Part shown: in pieces, positions 50,004 through 59,776 of the stretch
Layout of the letters: every line of letters starts with the position of its first letter
Position numbering within the stretch: position 1 is the first letter of the stretch
DNA from: Alphaproteobacteria bacterium
GTDB taxonomy: Bacteria; Pseudomonadota; Alphaproteobacteria; UBA6615
Assembly (NCBI GenBank): GCA_965261975.1
Contig: CBDHEC010000057.1
Location: forward strand, 96,001-160,000
Length of the DNA stretch: 64,000 bases
Direction of reading: 5' to 3'
The notes under the pieces: model-generated
What the model was told of the DNA's origin: nothing
The model's database searches: none
What the model saw: the letters and a program-made list of their open reading frames with translations, nothing else
Program-made: the position numbers and the translations under genes

Positions 50004-50480
50004 CTACTCGCCGCGGCGCATTTTCAGTTTCAGCGCAACCACTTCGTAAACGTCGAGCCCGGCCAGAACGCTGATCTCCTCGAGCGGGAGGGACGTCTCC
50101 TTGAGCAACACGCGCGCGTGGCTTTCAGGGTCACGCTTCCGATTGTTGCGTCGGGGCACCCGGTTCGCGGCCGCTTCAGCCTTGCGACGCTCTTCCTCAT
50201 CGAGCCCCCGCTCACGTGCCTCTTCCATCGCCGCATCCCGACGAGCCTTGTCGGCATCCACCCAGGCGTCCGTCATGCGTGCCGCCTTGGAAAGACCGGC
50301 CTCCTTATCGGCTCGCTTGCGAGAAAATTGCGGGAATCGCTCATCGGGCCGTTTCGGCGCAGGCCCGCCCCCGGCGGCCTCCTCGAGCGACATGCCCCGG
50401 CTCTTGGCCATACGCTTCGCAGCCGCGAGCGCAGCCTCGCGTTCGCCCTCGTAGGGACTTTCCTTTGCGAGGTTCAGCAA
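50004..50480 (-). CDS. Hypothetical protein with a DUF2786-like N-terminal helix (true start probably upstream)
   Basis: LLNLAKESPYEGEREAALAAAKRM resembles the DUF2786 motif; frame stays open upstream. Confidence 0.65.
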   Translation of the reverse strand: MLNLAKESPYEGEREAALAAAKRMAKSRGMSLEEAAGGGPAPKRPDERFPQFSRKRADKEAGLSKAARMTDAWVDADKARRDAAMEEARERGLDEEERRKAEAAANRVPRRNNRKRDPESHARVLLKETSLPLEEISVLAGLDVYEVVALKLKMRRGE

Positions 50481-50597
50481 GTTGTGGAAGCGGGTTCGTT
50501 CTGCTTCGTTAAAGGCGCGTGCGTCTTCGATGACGTCACCTGTAATTAGAGTTCTTGAGTAACTGTGGAGTATAGCGCATTTGGCATAAATCTGGGA

Positions 50598-51872
50598 CTA
50601 GATCACCAACGCAACCACGGCACCGGTCATACAGGTCGCGATGCTTCCCGCAAAGAGGGATTTGAGCCCCAGACCAATCAAATCGGATTTGCGTTCCGGC
50701 GCCATCGCCGTCAATCCGGCCAACATGATCCCCACACTGCCAAAATTCGCGAAACTGGCCATCGCATAGAGCAGAATAATCCGTGTGCGTTCCGAGAGGC
50801 TATCGCCGGCAGCGGCGAGATCCAGGAACGCGATCAATTCATTCAGTACGATCTTGGTGCCGATCAGAGACCCTGCCGTCGTCGCTTCAGCCCAGGGAAT
50901 CCCGATCAGCCAAGCAATCGGCGCCAACACCCAGCCCAACAGGCGCTGCAGGCTGATCGGCCCGCCCCAGATGTCTGGAAACAGGCCAAGCATCTGGTTC
51001 ACCAACGCAACCACCGCCACAAAAACGATCAGCATCGCGATGATGTTCAACAGCAGGCGCAGGCCATCCTGAGTCCCCTGGACCATGGCGTCCATGGTGC
51101 TGTCGTAGAGACCTCGCCCGGTCTCTGTCGCATCTGTCGATCCGGTTTGACTGTCGGTCGCATCCGGTTCATCTGACGTCGGCGGGACCATCAACCGCGC
51201 AATCACAATGGCCGCCGGCGCACTGATCAGGGATGCGACCAGGAAATGGCCAGCCGCATTCTCCACCACGCCCTTGAGAAACGTCGCGTAGAGCACAAGC
51301 ACCGTCCCTGCGATGGTCGTCAGCCCGCAGGTCATGGTCACGAACAAATCACTGCGGTTCATTCGCGCCAGATGGGGCCGAATCAGAATGGCGGCCTCGA
51401 CCATGCCGACAAAGATATTGGCCGCCGCGCCCAACGCGACCGGTCCATCAATCCGCAACGTAGCCTTCAGCGCGGCAGCAAAGCCCCGGATGACCATCGG
51501 CATGACACGCCAATGCCAAAGCACCGCCGACAGAGCCGACATCAACAAGACGATCGGGAGCGCCTGAAAAGCGAGAACGAATGCGGCACCCGGGTGGCTC
51601 TCTGCGAATGGGAGAGGACCACCACCGAGAAATCCGAAGACCAGACTCGTACCGGCCTTGGACGCCGCATCCAGAGCGAGGACCAGACCGTTGATGGCAC
51701 CGATGGCCTCGCGGACCACGGGCACCGAAAGCGCAATGGCTGCCAACGCGAGCTGGAAGGCCACGCCGACAACGACCAGTCGCCAGGACCCACCACGACG
51801 ATTCTCACTGAACAACCATGCCAGCCCAACCAGCGCGATCAGGCCCAGTATGGGTTGTATATGTTCGATCAC
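50598..51872 (-). CDS. NupC/CNT family nucleoside transporter
   Basis: AFQALP, ANIFVGMVEA, TIAGTV, GTKIVLNELIA and FANFGS motifs. Confidence 0.92.
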   Translation of the reverse strand: MIEHIQPILGLIALVGLAWLFSENRRGGSWRLVVVGVAFQLALAAIALSVPVVREAIGAINGLVLALDAASKAGTSLVFGFLGGGPLPFAESHPGAAFVLAFQALPIVLLMSALSAVLWHWRVMPMVIRGFAAALKATLRIDGPVALGAAANIFVGMVEAAILIRPHLARMNRSDLFVTMTCGLTTIAGTVLVLYATFLKGVVENAAGHFLVASLISAPAAIVIARLMVPPTSDEPDATDSQTGSTDATETGRGLYDSTMDAMVQGTQDGLRLLLNIIAMLIVFVAVVALVNQMLGLFPDIWGGPISLQRLLGWVLAPIAWLIGIPWAEATTAGSLIGTKIVLNELIAFLDLAAAGDSLSERTRIILLYAMASFANFGSVGIMLAGLTAMAPERKSDLIGLGLKSLFAGSIATCMTGAVVALVI

Positions 51873-51975
51873 AGCCCCCCGGGATGTTCATCCCGTATCG
51901 CATTTTCATACGGGTTCACACATGATCTACAGCAGCAGTCGATTCGCCCCCGACCACACAGAAGAGCGACAAGCA

Positions 51976-52010
51976 CAAAGAAATAGGGCCGGATCTACCT
52001 GATCCGGCCC
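51976..52010 (-). terminator. Rho-independent terminator on the minus strand, upstream of the NupC gene
   Basis: GGGCCGGATC-AGGTA-GATCCGGCCC-TATTTCTTTG on the minus strand. Confidence 0.7.
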
Positions 52011-52170
52011 GGAGATATTGTGAAGTCTGTCCGGCAACTTCGTCGCGCCCAAAGGGGAGGTTGGTTGCGATGCCAAAGGATTTAGGGAGCGTCGCGGCCG
52101 CCGGTGGATATCAAGTGTGGGTTTTTGTACCCGTTCGGTTCGTGTCACTTCGTCCGTTGTTTCGAGATTA
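51976..52170 (-). ncRNA. Candidate small RNA or attenuating leader (boundaries approximate)
   Basis: Orphan terminator in a 410-bp intergenic region; anti-SD-like CUCCC and CCUCCCC motifs; several small hairpins. Confidence 0.35.
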
Positions 52171-52282
52171 AACCTAGTTCGAATAGAATTTGTCCTCAAA
52201 TTCAATTAGTTAAACTTCTAAATGAATTCATCTGAAATGTGATCTATCTCTATCGATCACCAACATCACAGGAGCAAAGTTC

Positions 52283-53035
52283 ATGGGCGCACTCGACAAC
52301 AAGGCCGCCATCGTCACCGGCGCGGGCGGCGGCATCGGCCGGGCCATGTCCACACGGTTTGCCAAAGAAGGCGCGGCTGTCGTCTGTGTCGATATCAATG
52401 AAGAGCGGGTCAACGCCACCGTTGAGGAGATCACACAGAGCGGCGGGCGGGGCATTGCCCTCGCGGCCGATGTTGCGATCGAGGCGAGCGCAGAGACTGC
52501 CGTGGCCGCAGCGGTCGATAATTTCGGTCGCCTCGACATACTCGTCAGCAACGCGATCTACGATCTCCCCCTCGCGCCGCTCACCGAGATTTCCTATGAC
52601 GACTGGCGGCGCACGATGGATGTCAATCTCAACAGCGCGTTTCTGTTCTCCAAACACGCCATTCCCGCGATCGAAACGAGCGGCGGAGGCTCGATCGTCC
52701 TGATCGCTTCCCAACTCGGCCGCACGGCCAAACCCGGCCGCCCCTGGTACTGCGCTCAGAAGGGTGCATTGATCAACATGGCCAAGGCGATGGCGCTTGA
52801 TCACGCCCATCAGAACATCCGGGTCAACAGCCTTTCGCCGGGGCCGGTCGAGACTGACCGGTTCGTCACGAACTTCGCCGACAGGAAAGCCGCCCAGGAC
52901 GCCAACGACACCATGTTCGATCGCCTCGGCAAACCCGAAGAGATCGCTGCCGGCGCGGTGTTCCTCGCCAGCGAGGAATCATCCTTCATGACCGGTTCCG
53001 ACCTCCTGATCGACGGCGGCTATACGGCCGTCTGA
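52283..53035 (+). CDS. SDR family oxidoreductase
   Basis: TGAGGGIG, YCAQK and IRVNSLSPG motifs. Confidence 0.92.
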   Translation: MGALDNKAAIVTGAGGGIGRAMSTRFAKEGAAVVCVDINEERVNATVEEITQSGGRGIALAADVAIEASAETAVAAAVDNFGRLDILVSNAIYDLPLAPLTEISYDDWRRTMDVNLNSAFLFSKHAIPAIETSGGGSIVLIASQLGRTAKPGRPWYCAQKGALINMAKAMALDHAHQNIRVNSLSPGPVETDRFVTNFADRKAAQDANDTMFDRLGKPEEIAAGAVFLASEESSFMTGSDLLIDGGYTAV

Positions 53036-53043
53036 CCTTGATT

Positions 53044-53061
53044 TAGTTACATATGTAACTA
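53044..53061. promoter_or_regulatory. Perfect 18-bp palindromic operator upstream of hmgA
   Basis: TAGTTACATATGTAACTA, between TTGATT (53038) and TATTAT (53060). Confidence 0.7.
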
Positions 53062-53091
53062 TTATCCGGTCAACACAGGAGAAACGGCACC

Positions 53092-54408
53092 ATGGACGGC
53101 AGCACGACCACGACCGGCGCGGGTTACCAAAGCGGATTCGGGAACTATTTTTCCAGCGAGGCCCTGCCCGGCGCACTTCCCAAGGGGCAGAACTCGCCCC
53201 AGAAGGCCCCCTACGGTCTCTATGCGGAAGGCGTGAGCGGCACGGCGTTCACCGTGCCGCGCGTGGAATCTCGTCAGACCTGGTGTTATCGCATCCGACC
53301 GACGGTGAAGGCCCCCGCCTATGCACGCCTCGACCAAGACGGATGGCAAACACCGGGGGCCGACACCCTCCCCGCATCGCCCAACCAGATGCGGTGGGAC
53401 CCGCTACCCATCCCGGATGCGCCCACGGACCTGGTCGCGGGTATGCAAACATATGCGATGTCGGGAGATGCACATCATCAAACGGGCATCGGCATTCATC
53501 TCTATGCCGCGAACCAATCGATGATCGATCGGTTCCTGCACAACGCCGACGGCGAGATGCTGTTCGTGCCGCAACAGGGCCGCCTGGTCCTGCACACCGA
53601 ACTCGGCCGTATCGATGCCGCACCCGGCGAGATCGCGGTCGTCCCGCGCGGCATCAAGTTTCGTGCCGAACTGCCCGACGGGGCATCGCGCGGCTATGTC
53701 TGTGAAAATTACGGCGTGGCCATGCGGCTGCCGGAACTGGGGCCGATCGGCACCAACGGTCTGGCCAACCCACGCGACTTTCTGACCCCGAACGCGGCCT
53801 TCGAGGACCGCACGGGGTCCTTTGAGCTGGTCTTCAAGTTCGACGGCGGCCTGTGGTCGACCGAGATCGAACGCTCGCCCCTCGACGTGGTCGCCTGGCA
53901 CGGCACCCATGTGCCTTACAAATACGACCTCGCAAATTTCATGGCGATCGGCACCGTCAGCGTCGATCACCCCGACCCATCGATCTTTACTGTCCTGACA
54001 TCACCCTCGCCCGACCCCGGCGTCGCGAACGTCGATTTCGTAATCTTCCCGCCGCGCTGGATGGTGGCCGAACACACGTTCCGTCCGCCCTGGTTCCACC
54101 GCAACGTCATGAACGAGTTCATGGGGCTGGTGGAAGGCGCCTACGATGCCAAGGCCGATGGCTTTACTCCGGGCGGAGCGAGCCTGCACAACTGCATGGC
54201 AGGCCATGGTCCCGACGCCGCGACTTACGAGGCCGCCAGCAACGCCGAACTCGCGCCTGAGAAGCTCGACGGCACCCTCGCCTTCATGCTGGAGACACGC
54301 TACGTGCTGCGGCCCACGGCGTTCGCCGCCGGAACGCCGCTCCTGCAGCCCGACTATCTGGACTGCTGGGCCGGGCTCGAAGACCGGTTCGACCCGTCCC
54401 GGTGGTAG
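53092..54408 (+). CDS. hmgA: Homogentisate 1,2-dioxygenase
   Basis: [51 protein letters not shown] and SLHNCM..HGPD motifs. Confidence 0.96.
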   Translation: MDGSTTTTGAGYQSGFGNYFSSEALPGALPKGQNSPQKAPYGLYAEGVSGTAFTVPRVESRQTWCYRIRPTVKAPAYARLDQDGWQTPGADTLPASPNQMRWDPLPIPDAPTDLVAGMQTYAMSGDAHHQTGIGIHLYAANQSMIDRFLHNADGEMLFVPQQGRLVLHTELGRIDAAPGEIAVVPRGIKFRAELPDGASRGYVCENYGVAMRLPELGPIGTNGLANPRDFLTPNAAFEDRTGSFELVFKFDGGLWSTEIERSPLDVVAWHGTHVPYKYDLANFMAIGTVSVDHPDPSIFTVLTSPSPDPGVANVDFVIFPPRWMVAEHTFRPPWFHRNVMNEFMGLVEGAYDAKADGFTPGGASLHNCMAGHGPDAATYEAASNAELAPEKLDGTLAFMLETRYVLRPTAFAAGTPLLQPDYLDCWAGLEDRFDPSRW

Positions 54409-54412
54409 CGGC

Positions 54413-56185
54413 CTACTTCTCCGGGATCACCGGCAGCAACACGTGGGACGGGTGGTCCGGCCCGGTGTGCAGCGTCACCTTCTTGCCGTAGACATCGAGC
54501 GGCCGGTTGGACGGCATCTCGTGCTTGAACGGCCCGACGCCATACTGGACCCGGCCCGCGATCATCGGATCACCAGGGGTCCAACCCGGATAGACATAGT
54601 CACGCCCGCGCACGCTGAGGCCCAGGCGATAGCCCTCCGGCAGCACGATCGACGTCGGCCAGATCTCGATATCGAGCTCGTAGATCTCGCCCGGTGTCAG
54701 CGGCTGGATCTCGTCATGACTGTGATAGGGCCGATAGGGTAGCGTCTGGTCGGGATCAAGCTTGCGGTGTGACGCCCGCAACCAGCCGAGCCCGACCGGG
54801 GTGTGGGGATCGTTGGCCCCCTTGTAGACGACCTCCTTCATGTCCGGCTTGAAGGCCCGCAGGACGAGGAACAGGTCGGCGTCTTCGGTCTCCGACGAAA
54901 TGAACAGCTTGGCCGCGACGGGCCCGGTGATTTCGGTCTCCTGTTCCATCGGTGGCGTGAGGAATGTCGCCCCGTCGCCCATCGCCTCGTAGGTCCAGCT
55001 CTGAGCCTCGGCCATCGGCGTTTCCGACAGGGTCTTGCCCGTCGGATCGAGGTACATCTCGGTCCAGTCTGTACGCGGGATCGGCCATTCCTCCTCGGCC
55101 CGCTCGACGAACACCTCGTCGGGATGGCGGATCAGCAACTGCACCTTCGGCTGCTCTCCCCAGCCCGTGTCCTCGCCCTTGAGGAAGTGGCCCAGGAACC
55201 GGCGCTGCAGATCGATGCCGTAATCGGTGTAGTAGTGGGTGAAATGCTCGAGCCCGTGCATTTCCAGCCATTTCTGATCGCTGGCCGAATTCACATAGCC
55301 TTCCGTGTTGCCCCGCGGGTGCAGGCCCACACCGCCCCAGTTCCCCGACGACAGCAGCGGCACATTGATCTTGGAGTAGTCCGGCATCCGGGCCTTCCAG
55401 TAATCGTCGACCAGGGGATGCGCGAGGATGTCGCGGCCGTAGTCGGTGCGGTTGTCTGCGAGTTCTTCTTCCGACAGGGTCTCCGGCCCCGAAATCCACT
55501 CGCCGTTCAGCCGGCTCTTCATGCCGTAGGCACCCTTGCCGTGCTGGCGCGGCACCACGGCGGAGTTGAACCAGATGGACGGGAAACGGCAAGCGATGCC
55601 GCCGTGATGTCCCATGTCGCGATAGAAGTCGGCCGCACCTTCCCAGACACACATCGCCGCCAGATGTTTGGGCTGGAGGGACGCCACCTGCCACTGGTTC
55701 ATCCCGTAATAGGAGATGCCCGAGGTGCCGACCTTGCCGTTCGACCAGGCCTGGGTCCCGGCCCAGTCGATGCAGGCCGCAAAATCCTGGGCCTCGCGCG
55801 CCGACCAGACGTCGAGAAACCCTTGTGAACGGCCTGCACCGCGCGAGTCCACGCGCATACAGATATAGCCGTCCGGCACCCATTTCTCCGGGTCCACCAG
55901 CTCCCAGTTCTGGTAGCGGTTCGAGGACCCGGAAAGACAGTCGGGGTAATCCTCGACCATCTGCTTCCACTGGTAGGGGTAGCCATCTTCCCAGGCGAGC
56001 CATTTGGCGTAGGGGCCGTAGCTGATGATCACCGGATACTGGCCATCGTCATCCGGGCGGTAGATATCCGCGCGCAGGACGATCCCGTCATCCATCTTCA
56101 GCGGCACATCCCAATCGATGCGCATCCCGTCATTGACCTTCGTCGTCATCTGGCTATCGCCGGGCGTCTGAATGGTTGTACTCAT
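54413..56185 (-). CDS. CocE/NonD family hydrolase (peptidase S15), copy 5 in transcription order
   Basis: LRADIYRP, GPYAK, DSRGAGRS, WSNGKVG..GISYYG and C-terminal PepX_C-type domain (GWLRASHR, VLLPVIP). Confidence 0.92.
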   Translation of the reverse strand: MSTTIQTPGDSQMTTKVNDGMRIDWDVPLKMDDGIVLRADIYRPDDDGQYPVIISYGPYAKWLAWEDGYPYQWKQMVEDYPDCLSGSSNRYQNWELVDPEKWVPDGYICMRVDSRGAGRSQGFLDVWSAREAQDFAACIDWAGTQAWSNGKVGTSGISYYGMNQWQVASLQPKHLAAMCVWEGAADFYRDMGHHGGIACRFPSIWFNSAVVPRQHGKGAYGMKSRLNGEWISGPETLSEEELADNRTDYGRDILAHPLVDDYWKARMPDYSKINVPLLSSGNWGGVGLHPRGNTEGYVNSASDQKWLEMHGLEHFTHYYTDYGIDLQRRFLGHFLKGEDTGWGEQPKVQLLIRHPDEVFVERAEEEWPIPRTDWTEMYLDPTGKTLSETPMAEAQSWTYEAMGDGATFLTPPMEQETEITGPVAAKLFISSETEDADLFLVLRAFKPDMKEVVYKGANDPHTPVGLGWLRASHRKLDPDQTLPYRPYHSHDEIQPLTPGEIYELDIEIWPTSIVLPEGYRLGLSVRGRDYVYPGWTPGDPMIAGRVQYGVGPFKHEMPSNRPLDVYGKKVTLHTGPDHPSHVLLPVIPEK

Positions 56186-56205
56186 GGTCGTTCCCCCAAT
56201 TATCT

Positions 56206-57987
56206 CTATTTGCGTTTCGCCGGGCGGCGTTTCGGCGGGATCACCGGCAGCAACAGATGTGACGGATGGTTCGGCCCGCAATGGATCGTGACGTTGCCGC
56301 CATAGATACGCGCGTCTCGCCCATCATGGACGAAGGGCCCAACGCCGGTGAACTCGTTCTTCATGTTCGACAGCCGCCCGCCAGATCCACCGGGATAGAC
56401 ATAGTCGCGACCACGCACGGTCAGTCCCAGGCGGTAACCCGGCGGCACGACGATCGACGTCGGCCAAACTTCAACATCGAGCTCGTATATTTGGCCCGGC
56501 TTGAGCGGCTGGACCTCGTCATGGCTGTGATAGGGCTGATGTTTTCGTGATTTCCTCGGGTCGAGCTTCCGGTGTGAGGCCCGCAGCCAGCCTTGCGCGA
56601 TTGGCGTGTGTGGGTCGAGCGCACCCTTGAATGTGACCTCTTTCAAATCCGGCGCGAACAACCGCACGACAAGAAACAGATCGGCGTCCTTCGTCGCGGA
56701 TGACACGAACAGCTTGGCCGCCAGCGGACCGGTAATCTCCTGTGGCTTGTCGGAAGCCGGCGCGAGAAATGTCACGCCATCTCCCAAGCCGGGATAGGTG
56801 GTCGTGCGCTTGCGATCGAGCTTGCGGGCGGAGAGCGCCCCATTCGACGGATCGAGATAGGCCTTGGTCCACTTCGTGCGCTTGATGGGCCACTCACCCT
56901 CCGCGCGGGGCACGAAGACCTCATCGGGATGGCGCACGTTGAGAAGGACCTTCGGCTGCTTCTTCCAGCCGGTGTCCTGGCCCTTCAGGAAATGCCCGAA
57001 AAACCGCTTCTGCAGATCGAGGCCGTAGTCCGTGTAGAACTCGGTCCAATGCTCGCGGCCGTGCATCTCCAGCCATTTCTGTTTCGACGCGGCATGCACG
57101 AACCCGTCGATGTTGCCGCGCGGATGCAGCCCCTGCCCGCCCCAGTTGCCGGCCGACAGCACCGGCACATCGACCTTCGACCAGTCCGCCGATCGGCCGC
57201 GGTACCATTCATCGTCGAGCGTGCGGGTGCGCAGCTCATGCGGCAGGTCCGTTCGGTTCTTCTTGAGGGTGGCCCGAGTGAATGTTTCGGGCCCACATAC
57301 CAGGTCGCCATGCACGGCAGAGCGCGGCCCGTTCTTGCCCAGCCCGTACTGCACGGATTCGACCTGCTTGTCGTACCAGTTGGTCACGAAGGTCGACAGG
57401 ATGCCGCCGTGATAGTTGGAATCCCGGTAGTAATCCCCGGCCCCCTCCCACACGCACAGCGCGGTCAGGTGTTTCGGCTTGAGCGCCGCCACATGCCACT
57501 GGTTGATGGCGTAGTATGAAATGCCGTTGAGCCCGACCTTGCCGTTCGACCAGGGCTGCACCCCGGCCCAGTCGATGCAGGCCGCAAAGTCGCGGGTCTC
57601 GCGCGGGGAGCGCACATCGACGACGCCCGGAGAACGCCCCGAACCGCGGGAATCGACCCGAATGACCACGTAGCCATCCGGCACCCATTTCTCGGGGTCC
57701 ACGACCTCCCAATTGGCGTATTTGTTGGTCGTCCCCTGGGCCACCTCGGGAAAGGTCTCGACCATGATGTTCCAGGCGGTCTCGTATCCCTCCTGAAATG
57801 AGAGCCCCTTGGCGTAGGGCCCGTGGCTCATGATCACCGGGAAACGGCCACGCTTGTTCGGCCGAAAGATATCCGCCCGCAGGACGTTGCCGTCGTCCAT
57901 TTCGATCGGCACATCCCAGTCGATACGCATGCCGTCCCGCACCTGGGTTCGGAACTGCGGATCGCCGGGGTAGGGATTCTTCGCCAC
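56206..57987 (-). CDS. CocE/NonD family hydrolase, copy 4
   Basis: Same motifs with GISYYA; GTG start; basic C-terminal tail. Confidence 0.92.
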   Translation of the reverse strand: MAKNPYPGDPQFRTQVRDGMRIDWDVPIEMDDGNVLRADIFRPNKRGRFPVIMSHGPYAKGLSFQEGYETAWNIMVETFPEVAQGTTNKYANWEVVDPEKWVPDGYVVIRVDSRGSGRSPGVVDVRSPRETRDFAACIDWAGVQPWSNGKVGLNGISYYAINQWHVAALKPKHLTALCVWEGAGDYYRDSNYHGGILSTFVTNWYDKQVESVQYGLGKNGPRSAVHGDLVCGPETFTRATLKKNRTDLPHELRTRTLDDEWYRGRSADWSKVDVPVLSAGNWGGQGLHPRGNIDGFVHAASKQKWLEMHGREHWTEFYTDYGLDLQKRFFGHFLKGQDTGWKKQPKVLLNVRHPDEVFVPRAEGEWPIKRTKWTKAYLDPSNGALSARKLDRKRTTTYPGLGDGVTFLAPASDKPQEITGPLAAKLFVSSATKDADLFLVVRLFAPDLKEVTFKGALDPHTPIAQGWLRASHRKLDPRKSRKHQPYHSHDEVQPLKPGQIYELDVEVWPTSIVVPPGYRLGLTVRGRDYVYPGGSGGRLSNMKNEFTGVGPFVHDGRDARIYGGNVTIHCGPNHPSHLLLPVIPPKRRPAKRK

Positions 57988-57995
57988 GTCCGCGC

Positions 57996-59765
57996 CTATT
58001 TGGCCGGGATAATCGGTAGCAACAGGTAGCCGGCGTGATCGCCACCCAGATGTACGGTCACATTATTGTCGAACACTTCGGGCGGACGGTCGGTCGGATC
58101 GTCATGCAGGAAAGGCCCGACCCCGGTGAACGTGTTCTTCATGTTCGACAGGCCGGCGTTCGGCTCGCCGGGATAGACATAGTCACAACCCCGGATCGAC
58201 AGCGCGAACCGATACCCTTTCGGCACCACGATGCCCGACCCGTGGATCTCGATGTCGAGCTCGTAGATCTCGCCCGGCGTGAGTTCCTGCACCTCGTCAT
58301 GGGTGTGATACGGCGCCCACTCCTTCGTGCGCTTTGGATCGAGCTTGCGATGTGACGCACGCAGCCAGCCCGAGGCGACCGGCGTGTGCGGATCGAGCGC
58401 ACCGCGGAACGTGACCTCCTTCATGTCCGGCTGGAACACCCGCAAGACCACAAACATGTCCGCATCCTTCGTGTCGGACGACACGTTGAGCTTCACGGCC
58501 ATGGGCCCACAAATCTCAGTCTCCTCGGCCACAGGGTTCGACAGGAAGGTAAGCCCGTCACCCATCGCACCATAGGTGATCGCGGCGTTCTCGCTGGCCG
58601 GGGCATCCGACAGGATCTGGCCCGCAGGCTCGAAATGGAACTTGGTCCAATCGGTGCGTGGCAACGGCCAGTCTTCCTCGGCGCGCGGCACGAAGACCTC
58701 GCCCGGATGGCGTACATTCAGCAGGACGCGCGGTTGGTCCTTCCAGCCGGAATCGTCACCTTTCAGGAAACAATCGAAGAAGCGCCACTGAAGGTCGTTG
58801 CCATAGTCGGTGTAGTAGAGCGACCAGTGTTCCAGGCCGTGCACCTCGAGCCACTTCTCCTTCGAACCCGAAAGCATGTAACCGTCGAAGTTGCCGCGCG
58901 GATGCAGCGGCGCGCCGCCCCAGTTGGCGCAGCTCAGGATCGGCACCTCGATCTTCGAATAGTCGACCTCGCGTTCCTCGAAAAACTCATCGTAGAGGGG
59001 ATGGGCGCGCATGGACTGATGCAGATCGAACCGGTTGGCGCCCAGTTCGTTGTCCGACAGTGTCTCCGGCCCGGCAGACCACTCGCCGTTCGCGCGCGAC
59101 CGGTAGCCGCGATCGCCATAGCCGTGCTGCAGCTGCATGATCTGCATGTCGTACCAGTTCTTGGCGAAGGTCGAGTAGATACCGCCGTGATAGCTGCCTT
59201 CGCGGTAATAGTCGGTCGAGCCTTCCCAGGGGCAGATCGCGGCCAGATGCGGTGGCTGCAGGGCTGCCACCTGCCACTGGTTGATCGCGTAGTAGGAGAT
59301 ACCGCTCAGGCCGACCTTGCCGTTCGACCAGGGCTGGACGCCGCCCCATTCGATGCAGTCGTAGAAGTCCTTGGTCTCGCGCCGGTTGAAATGCTCGAGA
59401 TAGCCTGGTGAACGGCCTGCACCCCGTGAATCCACCCGCACCAGCGCATAGCCGCGCGGCACCCATTTCTCCGGGTCGGCCACTTCCCAGGCCTGGTGAA
59501 TATTCGTCGAACCCCGGGGTACGTCGGGATGGTTCTCGCACATGAGATCCCAGCAGGTCTTATAGATTTCCTCGAAGTGGAGATCCTTGCCATAGGGACC
59601 GTGGGACATAATGACCGGGTACTGGCCGTCATCATCGGGCCGATACACATTCGCACGCAGCACGAGCCCGTCATCCATCTCGATGGGGACGTCCCAGTCG
59701 ACGCGCATGCCTTCACGGACCTCGCTCTTGAACAACGGATCGCCCTTGTACGTAACGTCGTCCAT
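57996..59765 (-). CDS. CocE/NonD family hydrolase, copy 3
   Basis: Same motifs; 589 aa; GGAGG RBS. Confidence 0.92.
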   Translation of the reverse strand: MDDVTYKGDPLFKSEVREGMRVDWDVPIEMDDGLVLRANVYRPDDDGQYPVIMSHGPYGKDLHFEEIYKTCWDLMCENHPDVPRGSTNIHQAWEVADPEKWVPRGYALVRVDSRGAGRSPGYLEHFNRRETKDFYDCIEWGGVQPWSNGKVGLSGISYYAINQWQVAALQPPHLAAICPWEGSTDYYREGSYHGGIYSTFAKNWYDMQIMQLQHGYGDRGYRSRANGEWSAGPETLSDNELGANRFDLHQSMRAHPLYDEFFEEREVDYSKIEVPILSCANWGGAPLHPRGNFDGYMLSGSKEKWLEVHGLEHWSLYYTDYGNDLQWRFFDCFLKGDDSGWKDQPRVLLNVRHPGEVFVPRAEEDWPLPRTDWTKFHFEPAGQILSDAPASENAAITYGAMGDGLTFLSNPVAEETEICGPMAVKLNVSSDTKDADMFVVLRVFQPDMKEVTFRGALDPHTPVASGWLRASHRKLDPKRTKEWAPYHTHDEVQELTPGEIYELDIEIHGSGIVVPKGYRFALSIRGCDYVYPGEPNAGLSNMKNTFTGVGPFLHDDPTDRPPEVFDNNVTVHLGGDHAGYLLLPIIPAK

Positions 59766-59776
59766 GGAAACCTCCC

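Noticed and set aside
51927-52205. 92-aa minus-strand ORF upstream of the NupC gene
   Set aside because: It runs through the terminator hairpin and is not protein-like.
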